From the NCBI RefSeq assembly GCF_006345805.1, contig NC_042997.1, positions 127,162,001 to 127,226,000 on the forward strand: a stretch of 64,000 nt of DNA, given 5' to 3'. The position numbers and the translations under genes are program-made. Under the pieces are notes generated by a model that was given only the letters and a program-made list of their open reading frames with translations, was not told the origin of the DNA and made no database searches. Below, piece after piece: positions 35,439-49,411 of the stretch (positions are counted from its first letter, which is position 1; each line of letters begins with the position of its first letter). This DNA is from Octopus sinensis (lineage: Eukaryota).

Positions 35439-38400
35439 AGAGAGTATAAGTGCGTATGAGGGGTCTGGACGTGTGTATGTATAGGGTTGGTGTATGTATT
35501 AGTATGTATTAGTATGTATTAGTACGTATTAGTATGTATTAGTTGGTGTGTGTATTAGTATGGCACATCATATATGATGTGATGTGTAAAGTCGTGTGGT
35601 GTAGTGAGAGAAGAGGGGGAGGGGAGAAGAGGGGGGAGAGAAGGGGAGGGAAGAAGAGGGGGAGGAGAGGGGGAAGAGAGAGGAGAGAGGGGGGAGAGAG
35701 AGGGGGGGAGGGAGGAGGGGGAGAGGGAGGGAGAGGGGAGGAAGAGGGAAGGGGGAGAGAGAGAGGAGTGAGGGAGTGAGGGAGCAGAGGGAAGGAAGGA
35801 GGGAGAAGAGGGAAGAAGGGAAGGGAGTAGGGGTGAAAGGATGAAGGACTGAAGAAGTAGGGGTCGGGGGGGAGGGGGATAGGAAGGTGAGGAGGGGGAG
35901 AGGGGGGTTAGATGAGGAGGGGGGGGGAGAGTTGAGACCAAATGGCGTATAAGAGCGAAGAGAGAAGATTAATTCCTGTTCACGGCGCAAACGGAAATCC
36001 GGATGGCCTCTGTGTAAGGACAAACCGAACACAGATAGGTGTTGCAAGGAGTGACCGGTGGAGCGGAAATGGCGTGAGACCGTGTGTCGTTCGCAAGGTG
36101 GATGTCACGAAGGTGTTCCGCGAACCGGTCAGCCAAGCGGCGCGTCCGTTTGTCCGATGTACAAGGAATGCAGAGAGAGCAAGGGATGCAATAGATATAT
36201 TGCTGGAGGTGCAGGTGAAGGAGTGGATGATGGGATAGGGTCGATGGTGGGTGCTAGTGAGGCGGGTGGTGTTTGGAGAGGTAAGGGCAAGTGCGGCAAC
36301 GTAGGCGGGAGCAGGGGAACGAGCCGGGTTGGGAGGTAGGGTCAGGGAAGGAGCTATGGACCAAAGGTCTCGAAGGTTGTGGGCTCGTTTGAAAGAGGGG
36401 AGGGGTCGGTTAGGGAAGAGGTGTGAAGTGGACGGGTCGGACTGGAGATGACGGAAAGCTCGAAGAATGGTGCGTTGGAGACGTAGGGTCGTGGGGTGGT
36501 AAGTGAGGGGAAAAGGGAGGCGGGAGACAAGGGCGGGTTCGGGGAGAGAGCGGATACACGCTCCACGGACCGTGCTCTGGCAAGGGCGGTGTGGATAGTG
36601 GTGAGGGGTATCCACGTAGGGTGAAGTGGTGAGCCATACGTTGAGACTGAGTCTCAAAGTCATGGTCGTCACTACAGAGCCTACGTAGACGGAGGATTGG
36701 GAATAGGGGATGGAAAGCTTGGTGTGTTCTGGGTGGGAGGAAGAGAAGTTGAGGTATGAGTGTGAGTCTTGTGTTTTGTAGTGAATGGAGGTGGTAAGAG
36801 TGGAGTGAAGAATGCTAACCGAAATGTCGAGGAAGGAGACAGAGGTGTTGGAGATAGTGGAAGTGAAGTGGAGGGCTGGATGGAAGATTGGACGAAAGAG
36901 AGGAAGGAATCTAGATGTTCGCGATAGAGTGAGGTGGCACCGATAATGTCGTCAATATAACGACCATAGTTCAGGAGTGGGACCAGTGAATTAGAGAATA
37001 TTTGGGCCTCAACATAGCCAACGAACAGGTTTCGCATAGTTGGGCCCATTCGCGTTCCCATGGCCACTCCCGAGACCTGATGGTAGAACTCGCCCGCGAA
37101 CGAGAAGCAGTTCAGAGTAAGGACAAGTTCGGCCAGACGAATGAGTGTGGAGGTGTCAGGTACAGGGTTGAGCGGAGGTCAAGAAAGTGTCGAAGGCCTG
37201 CAGTCCTTCGTGGTGAGGGATAACAGTATAGAGGCTTTGGATGTCCATAGTAAAAGGATTTTGGAGGAGCCGGAGGAAAGGAGAAAGAGTTGAAAAGCCG
37301 GAGAGCATGGTTGGTATCGTGGATCTGGGAGGGAAGAGATGCCACTAGGGGGGCAAGGACACGGTCGAGGTATTTAGAGATGAGCTCCGTGGGGCAGTTA
37401 CAGGCGGAGACGATGGGGCGGCCAGGGTTGTTGGGTTTGTGGATTTTGGGGAGGAAGTAAGTGGTGGGGGTACGTGGGGTTCGCACATTTAGGTTGGATG
37501 CGGTGCGGGGGGACGGGAGGACGAGATGAGGTCGTGGACAGTAGAGGATACCGTCTGTTGGTAGCTACGTGTGGGGTTAGAGGGCAGAGGGGAATAGAAG
37601 GAGGTGTCATTGAGTTGGCGGAAGCCTCGGCCCTATAGAGGTCCGCGCGCCACACCACTACAGCTCCACCCTTGTCAGCCGGTTTGATGATAATGTCAGC
37701 GCGCCGTTGGAGGGAACGAAGAGCCAAGAGCTCAGCCGGGGAGATGTTGAGGCGGCGTTGGCGCCTGGAGAAGTTGAACCGCTCCTCCAATGCACGCTGA
37801 CAAGCGCCCGCGAAAAGATCCACTGCTAGGATCTGGCCAGGGGCAGGCGTCCACGGGGATGGTCGGGGCGGCCCAGGCCAGTGAAGCAGTCCTCTTCGTT
37901 GGGTGTGGGTGGCGAGTCGTGGTAATGCGCACCACCGGACACGGCGCACCAAGCTGTGGACATCAACTCGCGTCTGGAATTCCTTACAGGATGGAGTGAG
38001 GGGGATGAAACGCAGACCCCTACCAAGGACGGAGCGTTCAGCCGCAGAGAGGGGAAGATCGAGGGGAATGGTAACAACAGACGGAAGTGGAGAAGGGGTG
38101 GGTGAATAGAAGTAGGAGGGGTGGTAGGTCTCGTGGAGGTCTGAGGGGGAGGGATTGGGAGGTGTGTGGGGGGTGGTTGGGCGGGGCAGTAGGGTTAGGT
38201 GTAGGTGGATGGAGCCTATCGGGAGGGGAGAAGGGGTTGTAAGGAGGGGCAGTGGGGTTAGGTGTGGGTGGATGGAGCCTATCGGGAGGGGAGAAGGGTG
38301 GTGGAGGAGTTGGGGTAGTGGCGTCGGGTAGGGTGGAATGGAAGAGTGATTGGAGTTTACGAAGTTTGGTATCAGAAAGAAATTGATGGAAGAGTTGATG

Positions 38401-39230
38401 ATTCAAATGGATAATGAAGCGTAGCGTGTTTGGAGCATAGAGAGGCGGCAGAGAGGAGAAGAAGGTGGAGAAAGCAGGAGGAAGAAGGCGGTTGATGGCA
38501 TGTAGTTTGGAGAGATTGGAGCGAATGGTGGCCCGCATAAGGCGGTAAGATGTGGTGCGGAGTATGGGTAAGATGGAAGAATCCGAGTGGAGAGCAGGGT
38601 GGAAGTGAAGGCGGAAACCTTTAGGGGTGAGTCGGTGATGTAGGCAGCGGCTTAGGGAAAGAACATGGCTAGAGAAGCGGGTTTTTTAAAAAGAAGTAGA
38701 GAGAGATTAACGGACGGCTGAAGGCATATACAGGAGGGAACGGAGATGATCCTTCAAACGGTGATGGAGGGTGAGGAGGTAGGACCTAGGATCCGGCATG
38801 ATGGGATAGCGGAAAAAAAACGTTCGAAAAAACAAAAAAAACAAAAACAAAAATCGTATGAAAAAAAAGAAAAAAAGGATAGCGAAAAAAGGGGAAAAAC
38901 AAACGTTCAAAAAACAAAAATAATAATCGTATGAAAAAACTAGATAAGTAAGCGATAGGGGCAGAAAAGACGGGGCAAACGGAAAAGGGAAAGAAAGAAG
39001 GGAAGCAGAGAGAGGGGAGGCAAAAAAAGGGGGGTGCAGGTAGAGGAAACGGAGTATGGACATCCAGAGAGGGAAGAAAGACGGAAAGGAGAACAAAAAT
39101 GCAGGAAAATGTGGAAGCATGAAATGAATGTAAAAAAAGTGGTAATATAAGAGAAAATAAAAATACAACAAACGGGACAGTTTATGCGAACAAGTTCAAG
39201 GTTGATACATACATACATAGAAATTATATA
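34886..39230 (-). mobile_element. Near-full-length Neptune-like PLE (RT plus GIY-YIG)
   Basis: IIIKPADKGGAVVV, YFLPKIHKPNNPGRPIVSAC, MAMGTRMGP, RYIDDI (PLE RT), then Cys linker and GIY-YIG; many 1-bp indels; 3' hammerhead at 34987-35024; 5' boundary approximate. Confidence 0.9.
34987..35024 (-). ncRNA. Minimal type I hammerhead-like motif at PLE 3' end
   Basis: TCTTT-CTGTTGA-A-GAG-tgtagg-CTC-GAAAC-GTT-AAAGA: 5-bp stem I, palindromic stem III; core has an A6U change. Confidence 0.65.
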
Positions 39231-39244
39231 TACACACACACACG

Positions 39245-39297
<53 letters not shown>

Positions 39298-39315
39298 ATA
39301 TATATATATATATAC

Positions 39316-39476
39316 AACGGGTTTCTTTCAGTTTCCGTCTTCCAAATCTACTCCAAGGCTTTGGTTGGCCGAGGCTATAGTATAAGACACTTGCCCTATT
39401 TGCCACGGAGTGGGACTGAACCGGAAAAATGAGGTTGGTAAACAAGCTTCTTACATCAGAGCCACACCTGCGCCTA
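39316..39476 (-). mobile_element. SINE family D, 5' part
   Basis: Reverse-complement match to the head at 49412. Confidence 0.75.
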
Positions 39477-39498
39477 CACACACAGACACACACAGACA

Positions 39499-39557
<59 letters not shown>

Positions 39558-40332
39558 TTATATATATATATATGTATATGTATGTATGTATGTATATATG
39601 TATAGGTGCGTGTGTATGCAGAGATGTGTGTGAGTTTGTGTGAGTGTACAGTTTTAATTTTTTAAGGTTCTCATCATTTTCCTTTCACACCCCCACTGTG
39701 GCTCCAATAAGAAACCTCTTATTGCTATTTCGAAACAACTCTTTAGTGTTCACAGTATGAAGTAATGATGTTATCGATGCTTAATATTTTAATAAACGGA
39801 ACATCTAATGATCATGCTGTGTTGATGTATATGCGATTTCTTAACAGTAGTCAAGTAACATCACAACAACATTTTCAAATTACCTAACGTTTAAACAAAA
39901 CTAGGAAGTACTTTCTCTGTGATTGTAAAAAGTTTATATATTGATGACGCATGTAAATCTGTGATTGAGAAATTACAATGAATGTAAAACGAAGCAGTAA
40001 GTTCAGTATTCAGACTACAGAGATAGTAAGTTGGTTTATATTACCTCAGTTGTTTTCCTACTGCAAGACTGTAAGTGTTTAACACACATACACACACATC
40101 TTTATATATATATAGGAAGATGAAGGAAACGGGTTGTAACCTTATCTGCGGGAAATGAACCTCGTCCGCTTTAGAGAATATAACGAAGATTACCATGACA
40201 CCAAGGTGACTTTATAGTTTCAACTGATTAAATTAAAAGCTATAATTTGATAAGCCAAGAATCCTCGTACCATTGACTTATCAACGGGCAAATCAGTCGA
40301 CATGGCGTCAGGGAATGGTATCATATATATAT

Positions 40333-40380
<48 letters not shown>

Positions 40381-40460
40381 TATATATTGTATGTATATAT
40401 ACACACACACACATATAGCATGGCCGCAGCTCTGAGCTGAAACTAGAAAAAAAAATATAT

Positions 40461-40667
40461 ATCCAAACATGGAAAACACAAAGAGAAAACACACAACACG
40501 AGGACGTGGAACAAGTATAGTATAATTGGACGCTCGGGAAAGAAGGAAAGAAGGAGGGTCTAACGTTTCGAGCGGAGCTCTTCGTCAGAAACATAGGAAA
40601 GGAAAGATCCAAATTAGGGAAGACGGAGGAAAAAAACCGCCAACGGTACACACGCGGTCACATTTTT
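40461..40667 (-). mobile_element. ~200-bp solo PLE-terminal unit with hammerhead
   Basis: Homologous end to end with 10686-10893; flanked by (TA)n. Confidence 0.65.
40558..40592 (-). ncRNA. Minimal type I hammerhead ribozyme with intact core
   Basis: GTTT-CTGACGA-A-GAGC-tcc-GCTC-GAAAC-GTT-AGAC: CUGANGA/GAAA core, 4-bp stem II, palindromic ACGT stem III, GUU site. Confidence 0.75.
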
Positions 40668-40920
40668 GTCATATATATATATATATATATATATATAGAT
40701 ATTATCATATATATATATATATATATATACATAATATATATATACATATATATTTATATAAATAAGAATACGATCGTTAATTTAAATATCGATCTTATCA
40801 AGTGGCCAGCCTGGGAATAAAAACCTTTCTTGGTGCTGTATGAACATTTATGTGGTTTTAGAGTCAGGGTTTGACTGCTATTTCCAGCGTTGTGGTATCT
40901 CTTAGATACCCTAAATTATA

Positions 40921-40951
<31 letters not shown>

Positions 40952-40954
<3 letters not shown>

Positions 40955-41350
40955 TCTTTTACTCTTTTACTTGTTTCAGTCATTTGACTGCGGCCATGCT
41001 GGAGCACCGCCTTTAATCGAGAAACTCGACCCCAGGACTTATTCTTTTGTAAGCCCAGTACTTATTCTATCGGTTTCTTTTGCCGAACCGCTAAGTAACG
41101 GGGACATAAACACACCAGCATCGGTTGTCAAGCAATGCTAGGGGGACAAACACAGACACACAAACACACACATATATATATATATATACATATATACGAC
41201 AAGCTTCTTTCAGTTTCCGTCTACCAAATCCACTCACAAGGCATTGGTCGGCCCGGGGCTATAGCAGAAGACACTTGCCCAAGGTGCCACGCAGTGGGAC
41301 TGAACCCGGAACCATGTGGTTGGTTAGCAAGCTACTTACCACACAGCCAC
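40952..41350 (-). mobile_element. SINE family D, full length
   Basis: Reverse complement of 49412-49822. Confidence 0.9.
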
Positions 41351-41774
41351 ATATATATATATATATATATTAAATGGCGGTGCCCCAGCATGGCCACAGC
41401 TCGTGAGCTGAAACTAGATAAAATAAATAAATAAATATATATATATAATATATATATATATAATATATATAATAATATAATGTTGAAGAGGAGTTGAAAA
41501 TTATAACATCACCTACGGGAATCGAATTTTATGTCTGTATTAAGACATGCTAACCCAGTAACGACTACATTTACACAACGTCAGATCTTCAAATGACCAC
41601 ATCGGAAGCTTTAATCTGATACGCTAGGATTATATGCGTGTACGCATTTGTGTGCATATTTGTGTGCTTATGTCTGTTGAAGAAAGACAATCGCCCAAAA
41701 CGTTGGATTTTCATTCTGCTGCGAAAAATAACCACTACGTTTTACATTTAACCATGCATTTTTATGGATTAATA

Positions 41775-41982
41775 TTGGTTTCAAATTTTGGCACGAGGCC
41801 AGCAAGTACGGAGGTATGAGTAAGTCGATTACATCAACCCCGGTGAACATCTGGTACTTATCTTATCGATCCTGGAAGGATGAAAGGCAAGTCGACCGCG
41901 GTAGAATTTGAACTCAGAACGTAAAGACGGACGAAATGCTGCTAATCATTTTGCCCGGCACAGTAATGGTTTTGCCAGCTTG
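41775..41982 (-). mobile_element. SINE family A (tail B)
   Basis: Core plus GGCCTCGTGCCAAAATTTGAAACC tail. Confidence 0.8.
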
Positions 41983-42653
41983 CAACGCAGATCACCTCCA
42001 GTTTCTTGAATTGCCAACCCTATCTAAATACGGCAAGTCTTACAATCTAGCACTGTACGGTTTCTGACACTCGAAGTAATTCCCTACAGGCATACACATA
42101 TGTTGTTTAGCGCAGAAACTTATGTAGAATAAACTGAGAAATAACAATGCCACAGGCATTATAGTTCCATATATTGCATGCACTCAGTGCTCAGATATAG
42201 CTTATTCATTTAAGCCAACCAAACACCTTTGTGTGGTCGTTCGACTCGCTACAAGTTGCAACTGAATCTCCCTCAATTGACACAATACATTGTTAAAAGC
42301 AGAATGCTACATTCCATAATGTAGTTCCAGACGAGCAGAAAGGAGTCGTCAAAGCTGGTAGGTTTTCAGAGTTAAGGCTGATGTGGTGTTAAATAACAAC
42401 AACTTGTTTGACAGAAACAACCAATCAGTAAGACAGCCGAAAAATTAAAGCGGCCAATAATAATTGGTTTGTAGCCAATTTAATAAATTCCTTCTCAAAA
42501 TGAGTCTGTGTCATGTGAAGCATCGAAAAATAGAGAGTTTGGTGGGTGTAATGGGAAATTATTGACCAATTACAAGAGGCAATGGAGAAATTCCACATAA
42601 ATTTAATTAGGTCTTCTCACTGTCATGTTTTCAATTTTACATACAATGTATTA

Positions 42654-42659
<6 letters not shown>

Positions 42660-42689
<30 letters not shown>

Positions 42690-42732
42690 TGTATGTATGT
42701 ATGTATGTATGTATGTATGTATGTATGTATGT
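42660..42732. repeat. (TATG)n microsatellite
   Basis: Pure run. Confidence 0.95.
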
Positions 42733-44182
42733 ATACATATATATATATATGTATATATGTATGTGTGTGTTAGTGTATGTGAGTACATACATATATATAT
42801 ATATATACGAATTGCTATATGTGTGTATATGTATGTATGTATACATACACACACACACATACATATATGGTGAAGAACAAACGATTGCATATTTAATAAT
42901 ATACAATGTATATTCTTAAGTTAATGAAAGTCTTTGCTACTGCAGAAGGGAAAATTATCGCCTACTAACAAGAAGTTTCTAAAATTGACATGCCATTCGG
43001 AAAATGACGATCCCGTTGTCTGGAGACAAGTGTGCAGCTGTAGACATCCGTTTCTGTCTCAACAGACGTCATAATACACTTGTTGTCGTACTCTGTCTCC
43101 ATCTGACGGGACACATGGCCATATACAAAAAAAATGTAGAACATAATTATGGCGTAGGCAGTTTGTATAATTCAATTGAAAATGTTTTAGCTCAGAATGG
43201 TCAGTAGGGATGAGTTTGAAGAACAAAAACGCATGAAGTTATAGTAAATACTACACAATTTAAATCCTTGGTTTATTGAAATCATCTCCTCTTCCAGAGA
43301 AGGTAAAATAATCGATTGGTGATAATTGGAACCAACTCCAAAGCAGAAGAGATAATCGCGAGAATCAGTGCTCTAAAACTAACAAGCCTTAAGAATTCGT
43401 GTGTATGTGTGTGTGTGAATATGGGTGTATGTGTGTATATGTTATACATACATACATACATACCATACATACATACAATACATACATACATACATACACA
43501 TGCAGATGTGTGTATATATCTCATTACACCACTGTATCGATCAAACTAGCGGATGTTTTTATGGTGTTATAAACCGGTAGTTGCAATGTGCTTACTCGCA
43601 TTGTTATAACTGTTGAACGATGCTCACCCCACTGGCTAGGCGGTCAGGCCGACATTCGCATTGAATGGAACGCCAATCTGTTGAAGGTTTACTGATATTA
43701 CAGCTTGGTGGACAGGAGTAACTTGAATCAAAGTCTTTCCTCAGGAATGCAGGGCACAACTTGTCTGGGAATCGAAATCACGATCTAGTGATCTTGAAAG
43801 AACACCCTAACCGCTAGGCCACGTGCTGTTGTGCACGCACGCACACGCATACACACACAGCCAAACACACACACACCAATTTCACTGTAAAGTTGTAAAT
43901 TGCAAACTGCAGGACTCCAACTGTTACATTCGATGTACACATAATTATGCAAGTGAATTGCGTATGTATGCGTGTATATGTACTTAGCCAGGTGAACCTC
44001 AATGCATAGAAATATATTTCGTAACCTCTTACTATTTGTATATATTTTGATTTACCGCTTATGCTTTCGGCATCCATTGGAAAATACGTAACAATCTACA
44101 TACATATATATATATGTATGTATATAAATATATACATAAATATATGCATGTATATATATGATATATATGTACACACACACAC

Positions 44183-44231
<49 letters not shown>

Positions 44232-44346
44232 TTGTATATATACATATATATGTGTATGTATATATATATATATGTCTGTGTGTATATGTATATATATACA
44301 TATATATGTTCATGTCTATATATTATGTGTGCGTGTTGTATGTATG

Positions 44347-44393
<47 letters not shown>

Positions 44394-44764
44394 CATAAAC
44401 GGAAATGCGAAAAGTTTGTTTGTCTGGTTTTGGCATTGAGAACGGGTTAAAGGCCACTAGATCCCGTCGGATTGACTCCAAAATTTACAGGGACATGTAA
44501 AATGAGGTGAGGATGTTAGTGGGCTAGGTTAGAAATTCCCATCTTAAAAGGTGTCGTTGCTAGGGCCAGAAACTCACTTTCACAAGTCTACTCTCATTCT
44601 TTTATGTATCTGTCTTCCTCCGTCACTCACTCTCTTTCCTCCCTTCCCATCACTTTCTATATATAACATCGTTTCACGGCTTCTAACTCCCTTACCTTCA
44701 CTTTCTCTTTATAACGTCGTGTCACGGCGTTCTGTATCTCCCGCTCCCCGCCTTCGACAGCGCT

Positions 44765-44804
<40 letters not shown>

Positions 44805-44903
44805 GTCTGTCTGCATTCATAGAGAGAATTATCATCGCCACTAACACAACATAATCATGAGAACAAATATTATGAATCAGATATTTATTGGGTTAATTTA
44901 TAA

Positions 44904-44961
<58 letters not shown>

Positions 44962-45514
44962 CTATATATAAATATGTATATATAATGTATATATACAAAG
45001 TGTATATATCTGTATTTATGTATATTAAACTTTTTAAGCCATGGTGAGTCTACTGTCGTGACAAAGAATCACTTCAAAACTTGGTGTTTAGGAATTTTCT
45101 TTTACATCAAGTTCAAAATTTTACGCCAGCCGTTAAACTGTCAATACGTTGCTGTCCATCGTTGAGAAATGCCAGCCATGGTGACTCTACTATCCTCAGA
45201 TTCTATCCCTTCAAACTTTGGTTTCCAATATTTTTTTTATTTGTATTCAGCTCGCAAGTTCGTATGTCCCTTTTAAATGTTAGTGTTATGCTGTCTGCCT
45301 TGAAGCAGACCTTTCCGTTGTCACTGCCTGATATTTATGATTGATCATTCAAAATATTTTATTTCTCAACTTACTCAAGATCTTTTGTTGTTTATAAATG
45401 GGAGAGAGATAGATAAAGATAGAGAGTAAGAGAAAGCGAGGGAGAGTCCGAGAGAAAAGAAAAGTAAGAGAGTGGGAAAGTGAGAGAGAAAGGAGAGAGA
45501 AACGAAGAGGGAGA

Positions 45515-45832
45515 ATCATCATCATCATCATCATCATCGTTTAACGTCCATTTTCCGTGCTAGCACGGGTTGGACAGTTCGACCGGGGTCTGGGAAGCCA
45601 GGAGGCTGCAGCAGGCTCCAGTCTTATCTGGCAGTGTTTCTACAGGTGGATGCCCTTCCTAACGCCAACCACTCTGTGAGTGTAGTGGGCGTTCTTTTCC
45701 TGCCGCCGGCACAGGTGCCAGGGGTACTGGCAGCGGCCACGATCGGTTGGTGCTTTTTACGTGCCACCGGCACAGAAGCCAGTCAAGGCAGCGCTGCAAT
45801 CGGCCACGTTCGGATGGTGCTTTTTACGTGCT
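45515..45832 (-). mobile_element. GC-rich retroelement 3' end with (GAT)n tail
   Basis: (CAT)n abuts CGTTTAACGTCCATTTTCCGTGCTAGCACGGG (hairpin); internal TTTTTACGTGCC repeats; a diverged relative lies at ~22495-22740. Confidence 0.5.
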
Positions 45833-45921
45833 GAAAGGAAGCAACAGAAAGTAACAACCACACACTTACCCGCGCGTAGAGCGGGTCACCTTAAGCTAGT
45901 ATATATATATATATATACATA

Positions 45922-45992
<71 letters not shown>

Positions 45993-46025
45993 CCCACAAA
46001 TACACACATAGTGAGCGAGAGATAA

Positions 46026-46082
<57 letters not shown>

Positions 46083-47649
46083 ATATATATAATGGAACAA
46101 AAACGCAATAGAGGACAATAAAACATTCGAACAGATAGACGATACGAAAGCGGACAGGAGGAACAATTTGAAGGATAGACAAAAAAAGATGGGTCATTCA
46201 TGGCCTTCTTTCCTCAGTCAAGTCACCAGACGTCCTTACTGTTTCGGGCAATTACAATTGAGATAGTTCGATCTGGTTGACCCCCCAAAAGTCTAAGCGA
46301 AGAACATTAGATTTTTTTGTAAGAAAGCTAGCGAATTTGTACGGCAACAAAGACAAAAGACGGAGGACATGGTACACAGTTACAAATACAAACAACAAGA
46401 ATATAACAATATGTGTCTTTCGACTGAGAACGAATCAAATTGAGCTGGCGTGTATGAAGTGAAAGCCCATATATATACGTATATACATATTTATCTATAT
46501 ATCCATATGTATGTATATATGTGCGGGTGAGTATGCATACATGTGTATGTATGTATATATATGTGTGTGAGAGAGAGAGAGAGAGAATGTGTGCGTATGT
46601 ATGTTTATCTACACGCAAAAATACACACACATAAATATAAACACACACACACGTACACTTAAAGTAACATCTTCAGTGTAAACTAGAGAAAAGGTGAAGT
46701 ACTAAATACAGAAAAAAGAGTGCCAAAATACATCTATTTATATTAAAACTTGAAACGCCATGACTGAGTTTCGCTGAGTTATACGAAAGAGATTTGAGCA
46801 ATGATGCAGAAAACCTTTAAGAAGACTAATCACATAACAAAAACAAAAATGTAAAAAAAAAAAAAAATCATTGTATTGCGAGTGTAAAGTTTGAATGGAA
46901 TAAAAAATATTTGATTAGATGCATATGCAGTGATAAAACCATCTAACTAAAATCAAATGAATAAAAATATAATTTATAAATGACAATATAATTCAATCTT
47001 ATTAATTGCTCGTATTTTAGGCCATTTGCAAAAGGCCATTCACATTTTACTATCACAGAATGTTACAATATTACAGAATGAAAAGAAAGAAATATACGAG
47101 ATGGGAGACAGTTGGAAAGCGAGTAAAAGTGATGGAATAAAGTGTGAGAAAAAAAAATAACGTTAACTCTTAAAACGCTGTCAGAAATCACTATCCATTC
47201 ATAAAACATGTTGCAACGTGAAAGAGTATGAAAAGCCAAAACAAGAATTAAAACAAAGAATACGATAGTATTAGAAACTTCTCATTGAAAATTTTTGATG
47301 GTGGATCTGTATTTTTTTTTTTTTTTTTTTGAAAATCACATAGTAAATATTTTGCTTTCTGTAGACATTGGCAGAAAATTTAATGTTTTAAAGATCTAAG
47401 CTCTTTTCCGTTTTGTTTGGTGAGGAAAAGTGATCAATCAGCTTATTTTTGTTATCTTATTTGCAAGGAGATGCAATAGTAAGAATGAGCCATATTACAT
47501 GAAGAGTTATAGGAAATCAATTGGCACAATTATTAGAGCGTCGCTTAGACTGTTTTGCGGGTCTCTGCGTTTTGAGTTAAAATCAAGCATAAAATAGTAA
47601 CATTTATATACGAGTAAATACGCTATGTCACAAGGTATCCTCGATCTTC

Positions 47650-48230
47650 AGATACATCATGATAGCTCACACGAAAATTTCCTCTTTGGATTGACTCACA
47701 AATACCTTGATAGAAATAATGTTGTTGTCCCGCCAGTGTAGGATTTTGGTTGAATGCAAAATATTTACATAAAGCGGCCACATATCTCTTAGATGAAATA
47801 GTAGAAGTAAAGTGCTAACATCTGATAAATGATCTTATATACTTCCTAGTTAGTCGTTTGCTACAGGACGAGATATCTCTGCTCCGAGAGATATAGCGAT
47901 CATTAGGCAATGTAACAAGAGTTGGTGGTTCTCTTTTCATATTCCTGGGAGCTGAGGGATTTTCCGTTTTAATACTATCATTACTTAACGGAAGATGCTG
48001 CGGAATGAAATAGATCGGTATGATGAAGGATCAGACCTACATTTCCTCTTATGTATAGGAACCACGGAGGCGATATTCAGCTGGTTTGTAAATTCACAAA
48101 ATACATCGCAAGCAAAACGCAGGTAAAATAGGTGACACACGACCTCAGTTAGTTCTACACAGAACTCCGAGAGGAGATTTAAACAGTGCTAGTGACTTAT
48201 TCGGGTTCAAGAAATGTTGGCTTTCTCCAT
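47650..48230 (-). mobile_element. Decayed CR1/L2-type RT remnant
   Basis: LNPNKS.. and NIASVVPIHKRKCRSDPSSYRSIS (cf. PIxKKG..DPxNYRPIS). Confidence 0.65.
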
Positions 48231-48299
48231 TGGCGCTATGTGCGCGATGAGATTATTTTCAGTCGCAATGGAATATGAAAAGAGAACCGACAAGTAGGT

Positions 48300-48450
48300 G
48301 AACCCAGTCATGGCTGTCAGACAATTTCTGTAATCACATCGCCCCTAGCATCTGGCCACTTAACTCTCCAGACTGCAGCCCCCTTGATTATTATGTGTGG
48401 GATGCATTTGAACGGGAGACCTGCAAAACTCCTTGTAACACCAAGGACAT
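48300..48450 (+). mobile_element. Tc1/mariner-superfamily transposase C-terminal fragment (maT/DD37D-like)
   Basis: IWPLNSPDCSPLDYYVWDAFERETCKTPCNTKD. Confidence 0.7.
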
Positions 48451-49352
48451 ATTCGAATAACATAAAGTACGTTTGATTATCCTCAATGAATACTTCACAC
48501 AAAAGCTAAGTGAATTATGGCGATTGGGGAAGCAGAGGCTGCGAGAGTTCTCGGCATCAGCGACTAACATCACTAGGGACAAACTGTTACGAAAACAATA
48601 ATTTGTTGTTTATACAGAGGTTGTATCCAATCGCAAGAGGGGCAGCAGCTTCATATACGAGTGTATATACTGCTCAGGCCTGATGCGAAAACAGAAAGAG
48701 TCTTGCACTTATCTATCATCATATGGAACAAAAGATTGTAAGCTGGAATCATCTCAACTAACAGAGCTCAAATACCTCCTGACATTTGTTCCATTGAAAC
48801 TATATATAAAAAAACATTGATTGATGAAATCAAATACCCAGTGGGGCTATAGATTATATATACATGATTATAGATATATTAAAAAGAAGAAAAATATATA
48901 TACACAATATGGAAGATATAACTCATATATTTATCTTTTCATAATCCACTAGGAGTTAGCACTGCAGGAATTCGAATATATGTATACGTATGTGTGTGTG
49001 TGTACACATATATTCATATGTGTGTGTATACACAGATATTCACAAACACATAATTACATACACACATATGGAACTATGCGATTAAATTCTAATACATTCG
49101 CACAGTACACACGCAAACACACGTACAAATATATATTCATACATAGCTGGATCAAACGTTATCAAGTAAATTTCCCGACCCCTGATATATATATATATAT
49201 ATATATGATATATATAAAATATAAATTAGAGATAAAACCACTATTATGCAACTCAAACAGTGATAGACATAAACCAATATATAAATATCAATATATATAA
49301 ATATATATAATTAAATTTTTTTTTAATTCTTAATTTTTTAAAATTTATATAT

Positions 49353-49396
<44 letters not shown>

Positions 49397-49411
49397 CATA
49401 CATATATATAT

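Noticed and set aside
35940-38800. GC-rich block as bacterial contamination or a host gene
   Set aside because: It encodes PLE RT and GIY-YIG motifs, and a second partial copy lies at 8714-9670
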